Shown here one piece after another: positions 12,690-26,141 of a stretch of 64,000 nt of DNA; position 1 is the first letter of the stretch; every line of letters starts with the position of its first letter. The notes beneath the pieces were generated by a model. It did no database searches, was not told the DNA's origin, and saw only the letters and a program-made list of their open reading frames with translations. Made by a program: the position numbers and the translations under genes. The stretch is from Psammoneis japonica. Its lineage: Eukaryota. The stretch is from the NCBI GenBank assembly GCA_008632985.1, contig QPGO01000181.1:62001-126000 (forward strand). Direction: 5' to 3'.

Positions 12690-12934
12690 TGACAGGATTT
12701 GAACAAGATTTTAGTTTATCACACATAATTATGTGTGCTCTTAGTTCCGCGCGCGTCGCGCGATGTAGTTTGCTTTCGAGCCACACGGCTCACAAGAATA
12801 ATGACAGTAGTACCGATATCACGACACCAGTCTTTCGGCTCCTGTAATGGTCTCTGCACGGAGACTCATCAGCTATTTAGACAGCAGTAAGGAGTTATTG
12901 TTTACTTCCACCCAGTCATCTTCATTTTCTGTCA
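12690..12934 (+). repeat. 3' LTR of Copia B1
   Basis: Matches 1274-1518; preceded by PPT, followed by TSD CGTCA. Confidence 0.95.
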
Positions 12935-14770
12935 CGTCATTTGAGCTGACGTTGACATCTGGAATGCCGCCGGCTGGCTTGTCCTTCCCCCAGAGGACAC
13001 TGACGCCGCCTTGCCAGATGCAGAATTGACCTCTTCTTGATCAACAGCACCCTTCGCATCCTCCTTGGGCAACAAGTTTGCAAAGGATGCCAGAGAGTCA
13101 CCGACATCAAAGACACCATCAGAGAGGCTTGCCGCCACATTGGAGAGTGACAAAACATCAAGCAATGAACCGTCATGGTCCAGAGACGTGACAAAGCAAG
13201 CCACGATGCTGGTTTCACATTTGGTGTTATTCTCAAATACATCAGAGCGAGAAGAGAGATGTTGCTTTTGCTTGGGTGTGACTTTGAGGTGGGGCATGAT
13301 CACAATGGTGAGAGAGGCAAACCGCCATGGGCGATCGTGGTGCAAACAGTGGACGTGGAATCCTGCGGACTCTTTGTCACACTGCTTTCATGCTTCTGCA
13401 CTGATTCACCAGAAACACAGGGGATTAGATCTGCAGATCACAAGCAGAAGGGAGAAATGCCCCATGCATGATTGGTCTGGCAAATGGTGCAAACAAGATT
13501 CCTGAGCAGAAAAAGGTGAAAATTTTGCAGAATGATTGACATCTGTCATGAGGACGGAAGTGTAGAACTTTCAACAAAAATGCCACATGCAATGTGAAAA
13601 TGAATGTTTTTGAGTTGGAACAAAATGCAGTTGTTCAGAATTCAGGGAATGATGCAGTCATGTGAGACTTGGCATGTTGGCATTCAAGTCAACAAGTGCA
13701 CATTAAATCACATGCATCTGGGAGCAACAAGTGCAAACTGCACCAGTCAGGATGGTAGAAAAAAATAAAAATGTTGCACTCCCAACAAGCAAATGTCAAT
13801 TTCAATCTGGAGGGGGTCAACAAACATTGGCGAAGGTGCGCACAACATGAGATGGTGGAGTTCAATGACCTGTCACTCATGGCCCTTTCCATGGGTCTCT
13901 GATGTTGGGCTCTTGGGGCAAGGGAGAAAGAACCAAAATGGCCAAGCACTGGAGACTTCAAATGTCAAAGAGGAAATTTCCAAAGCAATTGAGGGATTGT
14001 GGACTTGTGCATGAAGCTGAGCTGTTGTTGAAAATGGCAAGAGCTTGTGATTGCCCAACCAGATGTGAAAAGGCAACAGGACAAATGCCAGAGGCAGGAG
14101 TTACCGACTGCCGGCATGAGGGACAATCTAACAGACATCTGGGACAGATGACAATCGTGCACTAGATGAGAAAGAAAGTGAGCAAAGGAGAGATCATCGG
14201 ATCTCTCCATGCTGTCCATGCCAGTCTGTCTGACACAAGGGAGTGTGCTCCCTGTCTTGGATGTCTGTCACCCTCCCCTGATGAGCAATGCAATGCTCAT
14301 CAAGAAAGAAAGAGACGATCCGAGTGTAAAGAGAGGAGACCAGAATGGCAGAAACAAAGAAAAGGAACCAAAAGAAAAAATGCAATGCACATCAAGAAAA
14401 AAAAAAGACAATCCGAACATAAAGAGAGAACCAAAATGGCAGAAACAAAGAAAAGAAACCAAAAGAAATGACCAAGACTTGGTCCGCAAACATGACAACA
14501 ATCAATGACAACATCCCATCAAGTGATGAGCATGTCGGGAATGAAGCACCCAACCTGCAGTCAGTGCATTGGTCTTCAACAAAAAATGTCAAAGGCAGTT
14601 CCCAACAAATTTTTTGGAGAAATTGAGTTGTGCACCAAAGAACACTTTCGTCAATCCCCATGAACAATCACCCGCAATGGGACATTCTGGCGAGTCATGC
14701 CATTGCCAAAACTCATCCCAAGAGATGGGGCCAAAAAAATGGAAATCCACCATGGCAGATGACACGGTGA
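12935..14770. repeat. Segmental duplication copy 1 (partner 39707-41543)
   Basis: ~1.84 kb, roughly 13 differences; identical ORF translations in the track (e.g. MHHDRPWRF..., MGNKFAKD...). Confidence 0.95.
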
Positions 14771-17700
14771 AATTGAAGCAATGGCAATCCACCTGACAAA
14801 CCAACACTTCTGCCAATGGTTGTGTCGCCCCTGAAAAACATGTTGGACAAACAAAGTGCATCGTAAACTTGCTCAATGTTGGAAGAACAGTGACGTGTCA
14901 TTGGTGAGCACCGCACGGCATTCAAAATGTGATCATCAAGCAAGGTGTCTTGGTTGAAGGTTGAACTCTCAACAGCCTTGTGTGCTTCCTCTGCACCACA
15001 GGAATCCCTCCCCTGATTAAAAAGCACAGGATCATCATTGGGGATGGTCAACAAGTCGGGAGTGCCAGGAAAAACACCACTCGACACCACAACAGTCTTG
15101 GCAGCCGAAGGAAAGAGGCAACATGCTGGAAGAGTTGGTGTGATTTTCAATCTTGCACACTTCCTTTGCATGATGTTGCTCCCTCCCTTGATCAGAAAAT
15201 GAAGGATCATCATCAGTGATGGTGGACAGGTCCAGAGTGCCAGCATGAAAAGTGCAAACAGACTCGACAACGGTCCTGACAATGGAGGAAAGAGATGTGA
15301 CAGCAGAAGGCAGCAAGACTCCGTGGCCCTCTTTCATAACTGCCCTGCTTCCATTGGTCTTGTTGGACACTTTTCGATGTCAGCTACATGCCCTCAGCTT
15401 CTACGTGGGTTTCTACGTACCTTCTTGCACTGATGTCGCCCTTCTCAGACGGTGTTGATTTGGCTCCAACAAGCCCATTCTGTCCACGTTACCAATGGCA
15501 CATCCTTGTTGCAGCATGATGAGCAAAGTTCATCAGTGGAAAACGACGAGAGTTCCGGCCTTTTGGTTCATATGCTGGTTGTCATTTCTTGTAATTTTCT
15601 GTTGTCTCAGAAAATTTTCTACACAGGTTCTAGTGCAAATTCTACGCGGATCCGCAGATGCTGCTGATCATCTACATGTCACTTCCCCAGCCTGCTTTTA
15701 TCCTTGCGAATCCGTTCTCAACATTGCTTCTTTTCCTTGCTGTGCAATCAAGTCTTTCACTCTTTTGGTGCAAGTGCTGCCACTGTTGTGGCCCTTTTCA
15801 GCAAGAACATTGGTCATTCTTTGGAGTCATTTGATTGTCATTGATTTGCCACTCCCATCGGTCTTTCCACGCAAGATCTGGTGTTGTTTCTACATGTCAC
15901 CTCTGACAGTCTGCATGTCACTTCTCCAGACTGCTTTTGTCCTTGCCAATCAGTCTTCAACCTCTCTTCTTTTCTCTGCCATGCAATCAAGCACTTCACT
16001 CTTTGTGGTGAATGTGCTGCTTCTTTTGTGGCCCTTTTCAGCAAGAATGCAAGTCATCCTGTGGTGCCATTTGATGGTCTTTGGTTTGCTGCTCTCATTG
16101 GCTTTTCTGCGCAAGACTCAGCATTGTTTCTACGTGTCAAGAATGTTTTCTCCTATGATCTGCTTGTCTTGTCTTCAAGGCTCCTTTTGTGGACTATTTT
16201 AAAAACCCATCTGAATGCAATTGTCGATTGCAGTTGTGGTGTGCCTTCTGTGGCTGTCATCAACAAGCATGCAATAAATCCCTCATGTGAATCATTCCTT
16301 TTCAGTATCTTGGTGGGGTGTCACCTTCTGGTGACGCCCATTCCGGCTGATCCCGTGCAAGCTCCTGCCGTGCTTGACTGTGTGCTGGGAGTGTGGGTCA
16401 GCCAGCACCGGCCTGGCTGGCAAAGGAGTGATGGCACTTAAAAAATGTGTCTGTTTTTTTTTTGGTCTTGTTCGGACAATGGAGGAATGGCGGCACACTG
16501 CACATCCAAAATTGACAACGGCCGAACCAAAAATCCAAATGCAAATCAACTTGACAACCAACAGAGCACTGGCAGCATCCGCAAGCATCAGATGACAGCG
16601 GCACACAGGTGGCAGGCAGCTTGGGTGTAACCTTGGCAACAGAGGGCAGCCATCCTGGAGGTGAATGTGACCATCTTTGCATGGAACAATGGACAAGCAC
16701 AGACATCAGCGGGCAGTGCTGCCAATTGGCAGGAATTGCAAGGGATCCAGCATCAATGTCTGTAGATGGCTTGCCCAGGTTCCACAACAGAGTGGACTTG
16801 ACATTCAAGGAATTGGCATCCACAGGGTCCATCCGAGTGTCCATGGCGAGTGCATCTGCAACATGAGATGCAACAGCAGCACCAGTGTTGCATGCAGGAG
16901 ACCCAGCAACTGGGCCCAACTTGGATGCCGTGAGCTCATGAGGATGTGAAAGATAGATCACAGATGCAGCAGAAATCACAGCAGCTTTCTCACATCTGTC
17001 ACGGTCAATGGAAGCATCTTGATCACAATGAGCTGGTGCATCTGCATGGAGTCCTTTGTGATTGAAGGTGTGCATGGCATTGGCTGAGTCAAAGTCACGG
17101 CAGGAGGCTCAGAAGAGAGGAGGTGGAGCAGTGTTCTTCAATGCATTAGTCACAGCATGCTCGCACTCTTTTGGACCGGGTCAATGAGTGGCTAAGACCT
17201 TGGCAAGATCTTCAGGAGTTGGTCCTGCAGCAGCAGCCGGTGGAGGTGCAGGACTTGAGGAACAGATGATTTGGGTGGGACATCAGATGTGTTCCAACAT
17301 CAAATGTTGAAAAGTGGGACAGAAATGGAAATGCAGCAGAGTCTCAACATGTGCTTTTGTGGCATCCTCATTCTCGGAGATTGCTTTGATCACAGTCTTC
17401 TGAAGATTGCTGAGGTTCAGACAAACAGAGAACCTTGAGGGCAGCCACAAAGAGAGGAGCCTTGTCAATGATTGGTCCAATTCATGCAAGATCCTCAGTT
17501 GGCACAGCTTGAAGGATGACAAGGTCCTGAATGATCTTGTGATGGAGAACAGCAACAGTGTCGCTCTTGAGTCCTTGAGGGGTAAATCCATCCAAAAGAT
17601 CTTCAGGAGCAGGGATCTTGTCAGAACAAAGGGCATTCAGGAAAACATGGGCATCGGGCAAGCAATTGTGTGGGTTGAATTCAACCAGTGTCGACTTGAT

Positions 17701-18111
17701 CCTGGTCAAATCGACGGCATTTGGGGTTTTGTTCACCATGGTTGCGTGGGAAAAAAATCAAATTCCTGCACAGAGCTCTGGCATGTGTTCTACAGTGGTT
17801 GTTTGATCACAAATCGAGAGGCAAAAAAAACAGCTGTGACAATGATGACGATTTCAACGAAGAAAGATCGCCAAATCACACTGTGGGCATTGCAACGGAG
17901 CAGCACAGAGGAAGACAAACAGCGCACTGCTGCTCACAACCCTTGTGGACTACCGGTGTGAGGGACAATCTAACAGATGTCTGGGACAGATGACAATCGT
18001 GCACTAGATGAGAAAGAAAGTGAGCAAGGAGAGATCATTGGATCTCTCCATGCAGTCTGTGCTGGTCTGTCTGACACCAGGGAGTGTGCTCCCCATCTCG
18101 GATTTCTGTCA
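14117..18111 (-). mobile_element. Degenerate LTR element (family C) with ~153-bp LTRs
   Basis: Direct repeats 14117-14270 and 17959-18111 (minus strand TGACAGA...CCCTCA); purine tract aggggaggg precedes the left LTR on minus strand; possible TSD AGAGG (14090-14094 / 18112-18116); host integrase reading TGQMPE...EHLDF resumes after it. Internal coding not assignable. Confidence 0.65.
15390..16200 (-). repeat. Unclassified repeat with ~245-bp internal tandem units, related to 30907-32227
   Basis: 15660-15900 resembles 15905-16150; minus-strand peptide TPSEKGDISARRYVETHVE matches TPSEKGDICTRAYVEKHVE at ~30935-30995. Confidence 0.5.
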
Positions 18112-20700
18112 AGAGGAGAACATCTGGATTTCAGATTCTTCTGTGATTTAGTCTGGTGGTGGGATGGGCCGGACTCCAAGCCATGTGCAGTTGAAGACCC
18201 AAAGAGACTCAGACATTGGCTGGGTGTGTCACACAAAGTCAGCACAGACCTGTGCTGTTGGGTCATTGCTCAGAGTGGCAAAATTGGCACTCCAATGCTT
18301 CAGCGATGCAGGCTGTGGAGGTTGATTGTGTTGAGCCAGAGGAAAGGAAGCAGATTGATGATTAAAGCTGGGCTGATGAAATGGCTGGACAACACAAACT
18401 TTATCCTCAAAGGCAACAAGGCTGTGCCACTGTTTTGTTTGGATGATTTCACTGTGGATGGCAATTCTGGAGTTTGTCATGGAGGGGGAGCAACACCCAA
18501 AAACAAAGAACATGCAGACATGTCATGTGGTGATGTGCAATCTGAGGACAACAATGAGCAAGCTGCAGATAAATGTCCTAGCATGGAACTGATTTTTCAT
18601 GATGGAGCTGAAGGAGAGAGATGCAACGCAGTGAACAAAATGAGCTTGGGGACATGATGGAAGGGCAACAAGTCAAAAACAGCAGAATCTGCTGTTTGAC
18701 ACCAGAGAGCACAAAGTCACAATGATGGATGGCACAACAGATGAGCACACTGCAAATGTCATGGCTGAGAACATGTTTGCCCAGGTTGACCATGAAGGGC
18801 GCCAGTGTTCTACTTTGCATGAAATTCAGGATCACTGGAACTCTGGGGATGTGATGTCAAAGGAAGACTGCATGATTGGAGAGACTGGTGGAAGTCAGAG
18901 TTGGAGGAAGATCACAATGAAAGGTTGGGAACTGTCAGTCAAATGGAAGGATGATGGGAGCATGGATTGGGTCAAGTCAGAGGACATCAAGAGCTCTAAC
19001 CTGATTGAACCAGCTGAGCATGCATCGGCAAACTGAGCTGCAGATGAGTCAGCATTTGCTTGGTGGGTGTGCCCAAAGTGCCAAGGAAATAGAACCACAT
19101 TGTGTCAAAGGCTAAGTTGAAGCATTGGATGACAATGCACAAGTTTGGGGTGAAATTTTCAAAGAGCATGGACAAGGCATGGCAGGTTGACCAAGAGATG
19201 GGGACAGACTGCTGGGCTGGAGGGATTGACAAGGAAATGAGTGACTCAAAAGTGCTTGGGAAAAGCGTGAAGAGGTGAGACCCCCCAACATGTGCAGAAA
19301 GGCAAAAGTGAGCAGTTGTGAGGCTGTCAAGAGATGCAGTGTTACATGGTGTTGGACGGCAAGATGGATTTTACAAGAAAGGCAAGATTTGAGGCATGTG
19401 GTTGCACAGTGAAAGCACCAAATTCAATTGCATGCTCAAGTGTCATGTGAAGGGACAGTGCATGGATTGTTTGTGTGTTGGCAGCTTTAAATGGAGTTGA
19501 TGTCACAGCAATCAATTTGGGAAATGCTTGCTTGAATGCTCCATGTGCCAAGAAAACATGGTTTGAAGGCAGTGCAGAATGTGACAAATTTAAAGGGTGC
19601 ACATTGGTTGTCACAATGGCATTGTGTGGCTCAAAGAGTGTGGGTTTCTCTTGGCAGTCAGCATTTGCATCTGCTCTGTGAGACACAGGCTTTCAACGAA
19701 TGCCAGTGGATCCCAATGCACACCCATGTGCAGCAGCTTGCAAAGATGGGGATGAGCATTGTGAGATGCCACCTGTGTATGTGGATGATGCATTGATTGA
19801 GTCACATCTAGGCAAGGCAGTGATCAAATCCATTTCTAAGTCCCACAAGGTTGAGAGCCTGAGAGTGAAGGTGAACCCCAGACACATCTGCGGGCAATGA
19901 TTGACAAGATGCAGACCAAAGACAGTGGCATGATTGATTGAGGATGGAAATGGTGCAATCTTGAAGAACAAAGCTGAGGAACCTTTGCCACCAAATTGCA
20001 AGCCTGAGTTGGATGTGTTGGATGCATTGGGTCCTGAGTTGATGTCACAGCACTTGCAATTGATTGGCATTGTGCATTGGGCAACAGAGCTTGGTCACAG
20101 TGACATTTTGCTTAAAGCTTTGTGTCACGTCTTTGTGCACATGAAGAAGCACCTGAACATGGGAGGAGTTGGCTGTGTTCCCAAGAGTTCTGGGATTGAT
20201 GAGTCAGTGCTTGACTTGATGGCAGACTGGACTGAGTTTTGTGGCAAGGTTGAAGTTTAGTTGCCGCCCAGGATGCCCAAACCGGATGAGAATCTGGCAA
20301 CTACACATGCTTTTGTTGACACGCAGGGAACATTGCAACTTGCACTCTGGTGTCATCACCTTTGTGAACAATGCTCCAGCTGTGCAGAATGTGGTGAAGT
20401 CATCAATGTTTGGCAGTGAATTGGTTGTGATGCAAATTTGCAAGGATGTGATTGTTGCTTTGCACCACAAACCATGCATGTTTGGAGCTCCGCTTGATGG
20501 ACCGGCAAATGTTTTTTGTGACAATCATGGAGAGTTGTGAAAAATGTCAGCATTCTTGAGTCTGTGTTGCACAAGAAGCACAATGCAATTGACTGTCATG
20601 TGGCATGAGAAGCAGTTGCTGCTGGGACTGTGAGAGTTGGAAAAGAGTGTGCAGATGCAATTTTGGCAGATTGGTTGATGAAAGTCGTGAAAGGCAACAA
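18112..20700 (+). pseudogene. Decayed Copia pol (family D): integrase C-terminus, RT, RNase H
   Basis: EHLDF..DLVWWWD..HWLGVSHKV; DGTTDEHTANVMAENMFAQVD; KGWELSVKWKD; NLGNACLNAPC; VYVDD; SSMFGSEL; NVFCDN. 5' part probably lies at ~13600-14094. Confidence 0.85.
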
Positions 20701-20890
20701 ACAATGGCAGTTGTGTTCACAGGTCCAGGGCTTGCAGCTTGCACTCATGCTTTGCATGCAACCTCCTGGCAGCTTAATTTGGGATCCATGTTTTGTCTCT
20801 GAGAGAATGTTTCAAGAAGATGAGTTGAGATCATTGCATCAACTCATGGGGACCAAGCAAAGAGAAGAACAGCAGCATGATCTTTGCAGA

Positions 20891-22152
20891 GAGCACATGC
20901 ACAAGTTGTTGAAACCAAGTCAAGCCACACAGCAAAGTGAGGATGCTGCAACAGGAGTCAAAGCTCCACATTGTCATTTGTTCAACAGGAGTGTTTGTGT
21001 TGATGGCCAGAGGCAACTCTTCATCATCTCTGGATTCATTTCCACCAACAGGTTGGCACTCACATTGCAAACTTGATGCAATTGTCAGACTGGCATCTTT
21101 TCCTTTCCAACATGAAATTGTCAGGAAGCACATGGTGTGAGCAACAAGCTAAAGAGCTCTCCACAAACCAGCAACAATGGGCAACACATGTGCCAGTGAG
21201 AAAGAGTGAGAGAAGATCTCAGAGTCTGACCATCATCAACACAGTCTGAACATGTGCAGCAGACCCAGTCAGCTGGCACCCTCTTTTGATCCAGCACATC
21301 TAAAGCACAGACAATGTAGATCACAGACAGAACAAAAGGAGAAGGTGACAATCAACCAAAAGGAATGCATGCAGACCAAACTGAATGACTCTTGAGTGAG
21401 TTGGGCACAACAAAACAAAAAAGGGCAATTCTGCAAATGCCAAACAGGCAGAACAGTGAACTCAACAGCAGTGTCCCATCATCAAACAGGCACGGCAGGC
21501 ATGCAGCATTGATCCAAGAGCAGGGAGCACATGCACAAGTTGTTGAAACCAAGTCAAGCCACACAGCAAGGGTGACAATGCTGCAACAGGAGCCAAAGCT
21601 CCACATCATCATTTGTTCAACAGGAGTGTTTGTGTTGATGGCTGGAGACAATTCTTCATCATCTCTGGATTCATTTCCACCAACGGGTTGGCATTCACAT
21701 TGCAAACTTGACACAATTGACAGACTGGCATCTTTTCCTTGTCAACGTGAAATTGTCAGGAAGCAGATGGTGTGAGCAACAAGCTAAAGAGCTCCTCACA
21801 AGCTGGCAACAATGCAACACATGTGCCAGTGAGAAAGAGGGAGAGAGAAGATCTCAGAGTCTGACCATCATCAGCACAGTCTGGCCATGTGCAGCAGACC
21901 CAGTCAGCTGGCGCCCTCTTTTGATCTAGCACATCTAAAGCACAGGGCAATGTAGATCACAGACAGAACAAAAGGGGAGGGTGACAATCAACCAAAAGGA
22001 ATGCGGACCAAACTGAATGACTCTTGAGTGAGTTGGGCACAACAAAACAAAAAAGGGCAATTCTGTGAATGCCAAAAAGGCAGAACAGCAAACTCCATGG
22101 CAGTGTCCCATCATCAAACAGGCATGGCAGGCATGCAGCATTGATCCAAGAG
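20891..22152. repeat. Tandem duplication, ~634-bp unit, of the 3' end of a minus-strand Copia
   Basis: 'gagcacatgcacaagttgttgaaaccaagtc...' starts at 20891 and 21525; units diverged largely by transitions. Confidence 0.85.
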
Positions 22153-22650
22153 CTTTGGCAAGGTGGTTGCTTGGGCCAACAATGCCAGGAACATGTCCAG
22201 TTACAACAAAACTGGCTTCCTTCCAATCCTCATGGGCAAACCAGTGGACATCAATGTGGCACAAGCATTTCTTGGTTGAGATTGGATTGTTGAGGATGTC
22301 AACAACAGAAAAAATTGTTTGTGTGTGACAGAGCAGAACTTTCTTGAGGAAACCTGAGTTCCCTGATTGTGGAGTGAAAGCAACAAACCCATTTGGCAGC
22401 AGCACCAGCAGTGCATGGAATTTAGCCTTGGCAGAACTTGCAGAAGCAACAGCTTGCATCTTGTGGCAAAACATTGGAGTGATGGTTGCATGAATCATTG
22501 CCATGTGCAGCTTCCAAGAAAGCTTGCAGTTAGGTTTGAGTGAGTCAGGAGATGGGAATCATCACAGGGATTCATCTGACTCAAGCCATGCACAAGGACA
22601 TGAAGGCAAAAAGGGGTCCTTGGTGGGTTTCTTGCAGTTGACATGCCAGC
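22090..22650 (-). pseudogene. Copia RNase H remnant (family E)
   Basis: KMQAVASASSAKAKF (cf. KTQ..ATSSTEAEF); CHIDVHWF; HVPGIVGPSNHLAKALG. Confidence 0.7.
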
Positions 22651-22654
22651 ACTT

Positions 22655-25397
22655 TGCAGGGGTCAACAGCGATGGATTTGAGGTCAGATGGGTTGAAAGC
22701 CTTGGGATCGAAGTTCCAAAACATCAGAGGATGAAGGAGGTTCCAGATTTGGGAGTAACCCCAATGCTTGCTGAGGATGTCAGCTGGGTTGCAGGCACTT
22801 TTGATGAAATGAAACTCAAGGAAACCGGAGGCAATCGCCTCATGTGCATGATGGAATGAGAGGGCGGTGTGTCGCTTGTGTAACTTGGAGTGCGTGATGG
22901 TGGCACTGTCCACAACAAACTTGTTGTCCCCAAACATGTAACATGTTTCACGAATGGGGACGCCAAGGTGACGTAAAGTGATGTGCAGACTGTCAATGGG
23001 TGCCTCTGTGAGGTGTCCATCAGCAACAAGTTGCTTCTTGTGCCATCCATCATGTTTGACATCGCAGATGAGATGCACCCCAATCTTCTTGTGTCCTGCT
23101 TGGGCACTGGAGTCCTTGCAGTGTCCACAGTCACAGAGACCCTTGCACTCACCTAGCTGAGTCATCTTGAGGTCTGTTGCGTCTCCCCACTTGTGGTTGC
23201 TGTTGCGTTCATCAAGGGCCAAGGCATGCTTGCAGTGCCAGGGCACTTTGTACCCATGCTTGCATCATGGTGCAGCATGAAAGGAGCGCAACTTGGCTTG
23301 ATTGGCCATGCGGAATAGCTTCTTCTGGCGCAGCGCTACAGTCCGGAAGCATTTCCAGCCATCAGTCTCAAGCAAACCGTGCTCGCATGTGCAAATGGCA
23401 CAGGTGATGGGATCATCCTTGTCAATGATGGCAAGGGGTTCAGACGTGATCTCCCCATTCTCCCATTCAAGCATGATGTTGTAGCTTGAGCCTTTCCAAG
23501 TGGGATCATGAGGTTGCAATGGTCCTTCATGCAATGAGATGCATCAGAACTTCCAAATGAACTTGACTGGTTTGGGGTTGTCTCTGATTTTCCAGTCATG
23601 TTCTTCAATGGCTTTGATGATGCGGGGGCTCTGTGGCATTGTCCATCCTCTTGTGGCTTCATGAGGAAGGTGCGTCCAATGACATCCTTGGGGTCAAAGA
23701 CAGGCATTTTGTGAATCCTGATCCCCTCCCCATCTGGTGAATCCGGGGAGTCCTGGGAGTCATGTCAGGATTTAATGACGGGTTCAGCAGATTCTGCATC
23801 AGGAGGGTCAAGACGCAGGGTTTGGGGTGGACGGATCATGGGCAGAACGCACCTTTGAGTGGCAGAGAATCTTCTGAGTGTCGTCAGAGTGAGAGGATCT
23901 TGAACATCATCTGATGAATGACGTGTTCGGCAATGCCAATGAAGCGACCATGCAACTCGCGGGATTCGGACGGCCAGTCGGAATCATCAAGGTGGCAGTG
24001 CACGGGTTCCCACCATTGAATGCGAAGGAGTGGACTGACATTGGGCAAGAGAAGATGCTGCAGGTCACTGGGTGGCAGAGGCTTGCACTTCGTGACATTT
24101 GCCAGGATGAGGTTGTTGTCCATTTTGTCATGTGCATCAGCAGGTGGTGCAGTGGTTGAGGCAAGATCATGAGTGTTGGTGCACAAATCGACGTCGCCAT
24201 CACTTCCAAGATAGAGGTCATGGAGGCTGACAGCTTCCGACTTGTGGCAGTTGCTGGAACAGGGGGTGTGCGATCCAAGGATGGAGGCCTTGGCAAACTG
24301 CAGCAGGCTGTCCCAAATGCGCTGGTGGTCTGGCGAAATGTGGCACCACTGTTCCCCGGTGAGAGAAGAACTGTGGGACTGACAATGTCGAAGAATGCAT
24401 CATCATCAGGGTCGTCGGGAGCCAGGTCATGTTTGTAGATGGCATGGCGTGGGGGGCGTGGAGCCGTCTTGGGGGTGAACGTGCTGTTGCACTGTGCGGC
24501 TGCTGAAAGCAGGAGCCCACAGTGCTGTTCATGTGAAAGACCCGTGCCGTTGATCAATCTGATTCTTGACAGATCGGAGTTCTTCAACAGGATGAACAGC
24601 ATTCTCAAGCATGATGCATTTCTGGCCATCAGAGAAGTGGTCTGTGCCCTTGACAAGAGCTTCGTGCCTGCAAAACTGGTCTCCTGCCAGTGAAGTGTGA
24701 AGGCATGGGTGGATCCTTTCCAGGTGCCATCACCAAGGTGAGCAGTGGTGAGGCACTTGAGAATCGTCGAGGACTCCAGGGATGCGCGAGTGGATGCAAG
24801 GGCACACTTGGACAGGTCACAATACACTGCTTGAGCATCAGAGGAGCTGACATGTTCATGAACAAGTGCCTTGCCTTTGTCATTCTGCAAGATGCATTCG
24901 AATGTGGCAAACATGTGCTTCTGTTGTTCATCGAACAGGGCCTTGTCCTAAGCTGTAGAGGGCTGGCATGTTGGATCGAGAATGCGGTCGACATCCTGGG
25001 AGCGGGCCTGTGCGACGACAGAGGTGTGCCACGTGTGCCACTGTTTGTCAGACTTGAGAGTCGTGAAGGTGAGTGGATCACGTTTGATTCCTCATTTAAA
25101 GCAAAGCACAGGGTCACATGGTTTTGGTGGCAACAAGCCAGGAGTGGGAGCAGATGGCACTGTGCCCATGGAGAGGGACACTGCATGCTTGGGACTGAGA
25201 TGACAGTCAGTGCACTCTGCACGTGTGAACAAGTGGGGGTCATTGCCAACATTGGCGGCGCCACACGATTTTACCATGTGCAGACTAATCAGCACAGCTG
25301 TCTGTGCTTTGTAGCCACGTGGCAAGGGCATTTGATTGGTGCTGTCATTGAACTTGAATCTTGACTTGAATCTTGACTTGAAGTCTTGAACCATCTT
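22655..25397 (-). mobile_element. Multiply deleted Copia subfamily B copy (B3), no LTRs visible
   Basis: Minus-strand homology to leader repeat, gag, WWEP, EWENGEITSEPL, HLICDVKHDG and RNase H. Confidence 0.88.
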
Positions 25398-26141
25398 ACC
25401 CGATGACAGTCAAGTCTATTTTTGCACAAATTGTGTGAACACAACAGCTTCAGTGCAAAAACGTGTAGATTCTACAAGCGTCCACAATCATTTTATGCTT
25501 TTTGCGTCACGGGTCATTTTTGAAAGATTCCCATTGCTGTGTGTTTGGATTGATCCAACACCTTGCGTCATTGCACATGTCAATTCAACGGACATTTGTT
25601 CCGTCAGGAATTCCCGAACTCTCAGACATGCAAGATTCTGGATTCCCTGCAACGGATTCTAACCTGGTTGGCAGACAGACCAATCCATCCGCACGCATTG
25701 ACGCGCGCACGACACAATCGTCTGACTCTGGCCCTGGTGCACGCACGCCAAGTCAACTGCCTCGTATCTGCACCGGATTGCTGGTCTTCTGCTGTCCGAC
25801 AAGGTCCACAAGGACAACTGTGAGAGGAAGCAGTTCGTGATTGCAGCCTGCATTGGGGCGAGGGTGCATTTCCCACGTTTGTTCATCCCTCCACAGCACC
25901 AAATTTGGCCGGCCTGATCGGGTTGTCCAACCGACATAAAATGAGAACGGTTCAGAGGTCTTGTCCACCTCTGGCCAGCTTGTCAGCAGGGGTTTTTAAC
26001 CAGTTGCTCCACTCTCAGGCAACCCAAAGTGTCGCCAGCTGTGGGTTCGGATGTGCCAGCACAACTCTGCAGACCGGACAGGAAGCTCAGCACTCAACTA
26101 TGAACAGGACAGCACAGCCCAGCGGCTTCTGACTCTCAAGT

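Larger units (their letters stand above)
1274..12934 (+). mobile_element. Ty1/Copia LTR retrotransposon, subfamily B, copy B1 (internally deleted, hosts a nested element)
   Basis: 245-bp LTRs at 1274-1518 and 12690-12934 (TGACA...TGTCA); 5-bp TSD CGTCA at 1269-1273 and 12935-12939; PBS after 5' LTR; PPT (aaactggggag) before 3' LTR; gag-pol remnants inside. Confidence 0.95.

Noticed and set aside
1274..12934. Classical RIP or CpG deamination as sole explanation
   Set aside because: RIP creates TpA; CpG decay is present but cannot convert conserved TAC to TGC/CAC.
17948..17958. tRNA-half PBS for family C LTR
   Set aside because: No convincing tRNA match, and a similar word also follows the other LTR.
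25398..25514. Tiny MITE (acccgatgac...gtcacgggt)
   Set aside because: Short imperfect inverted ends, no TSD, no second copy in window.
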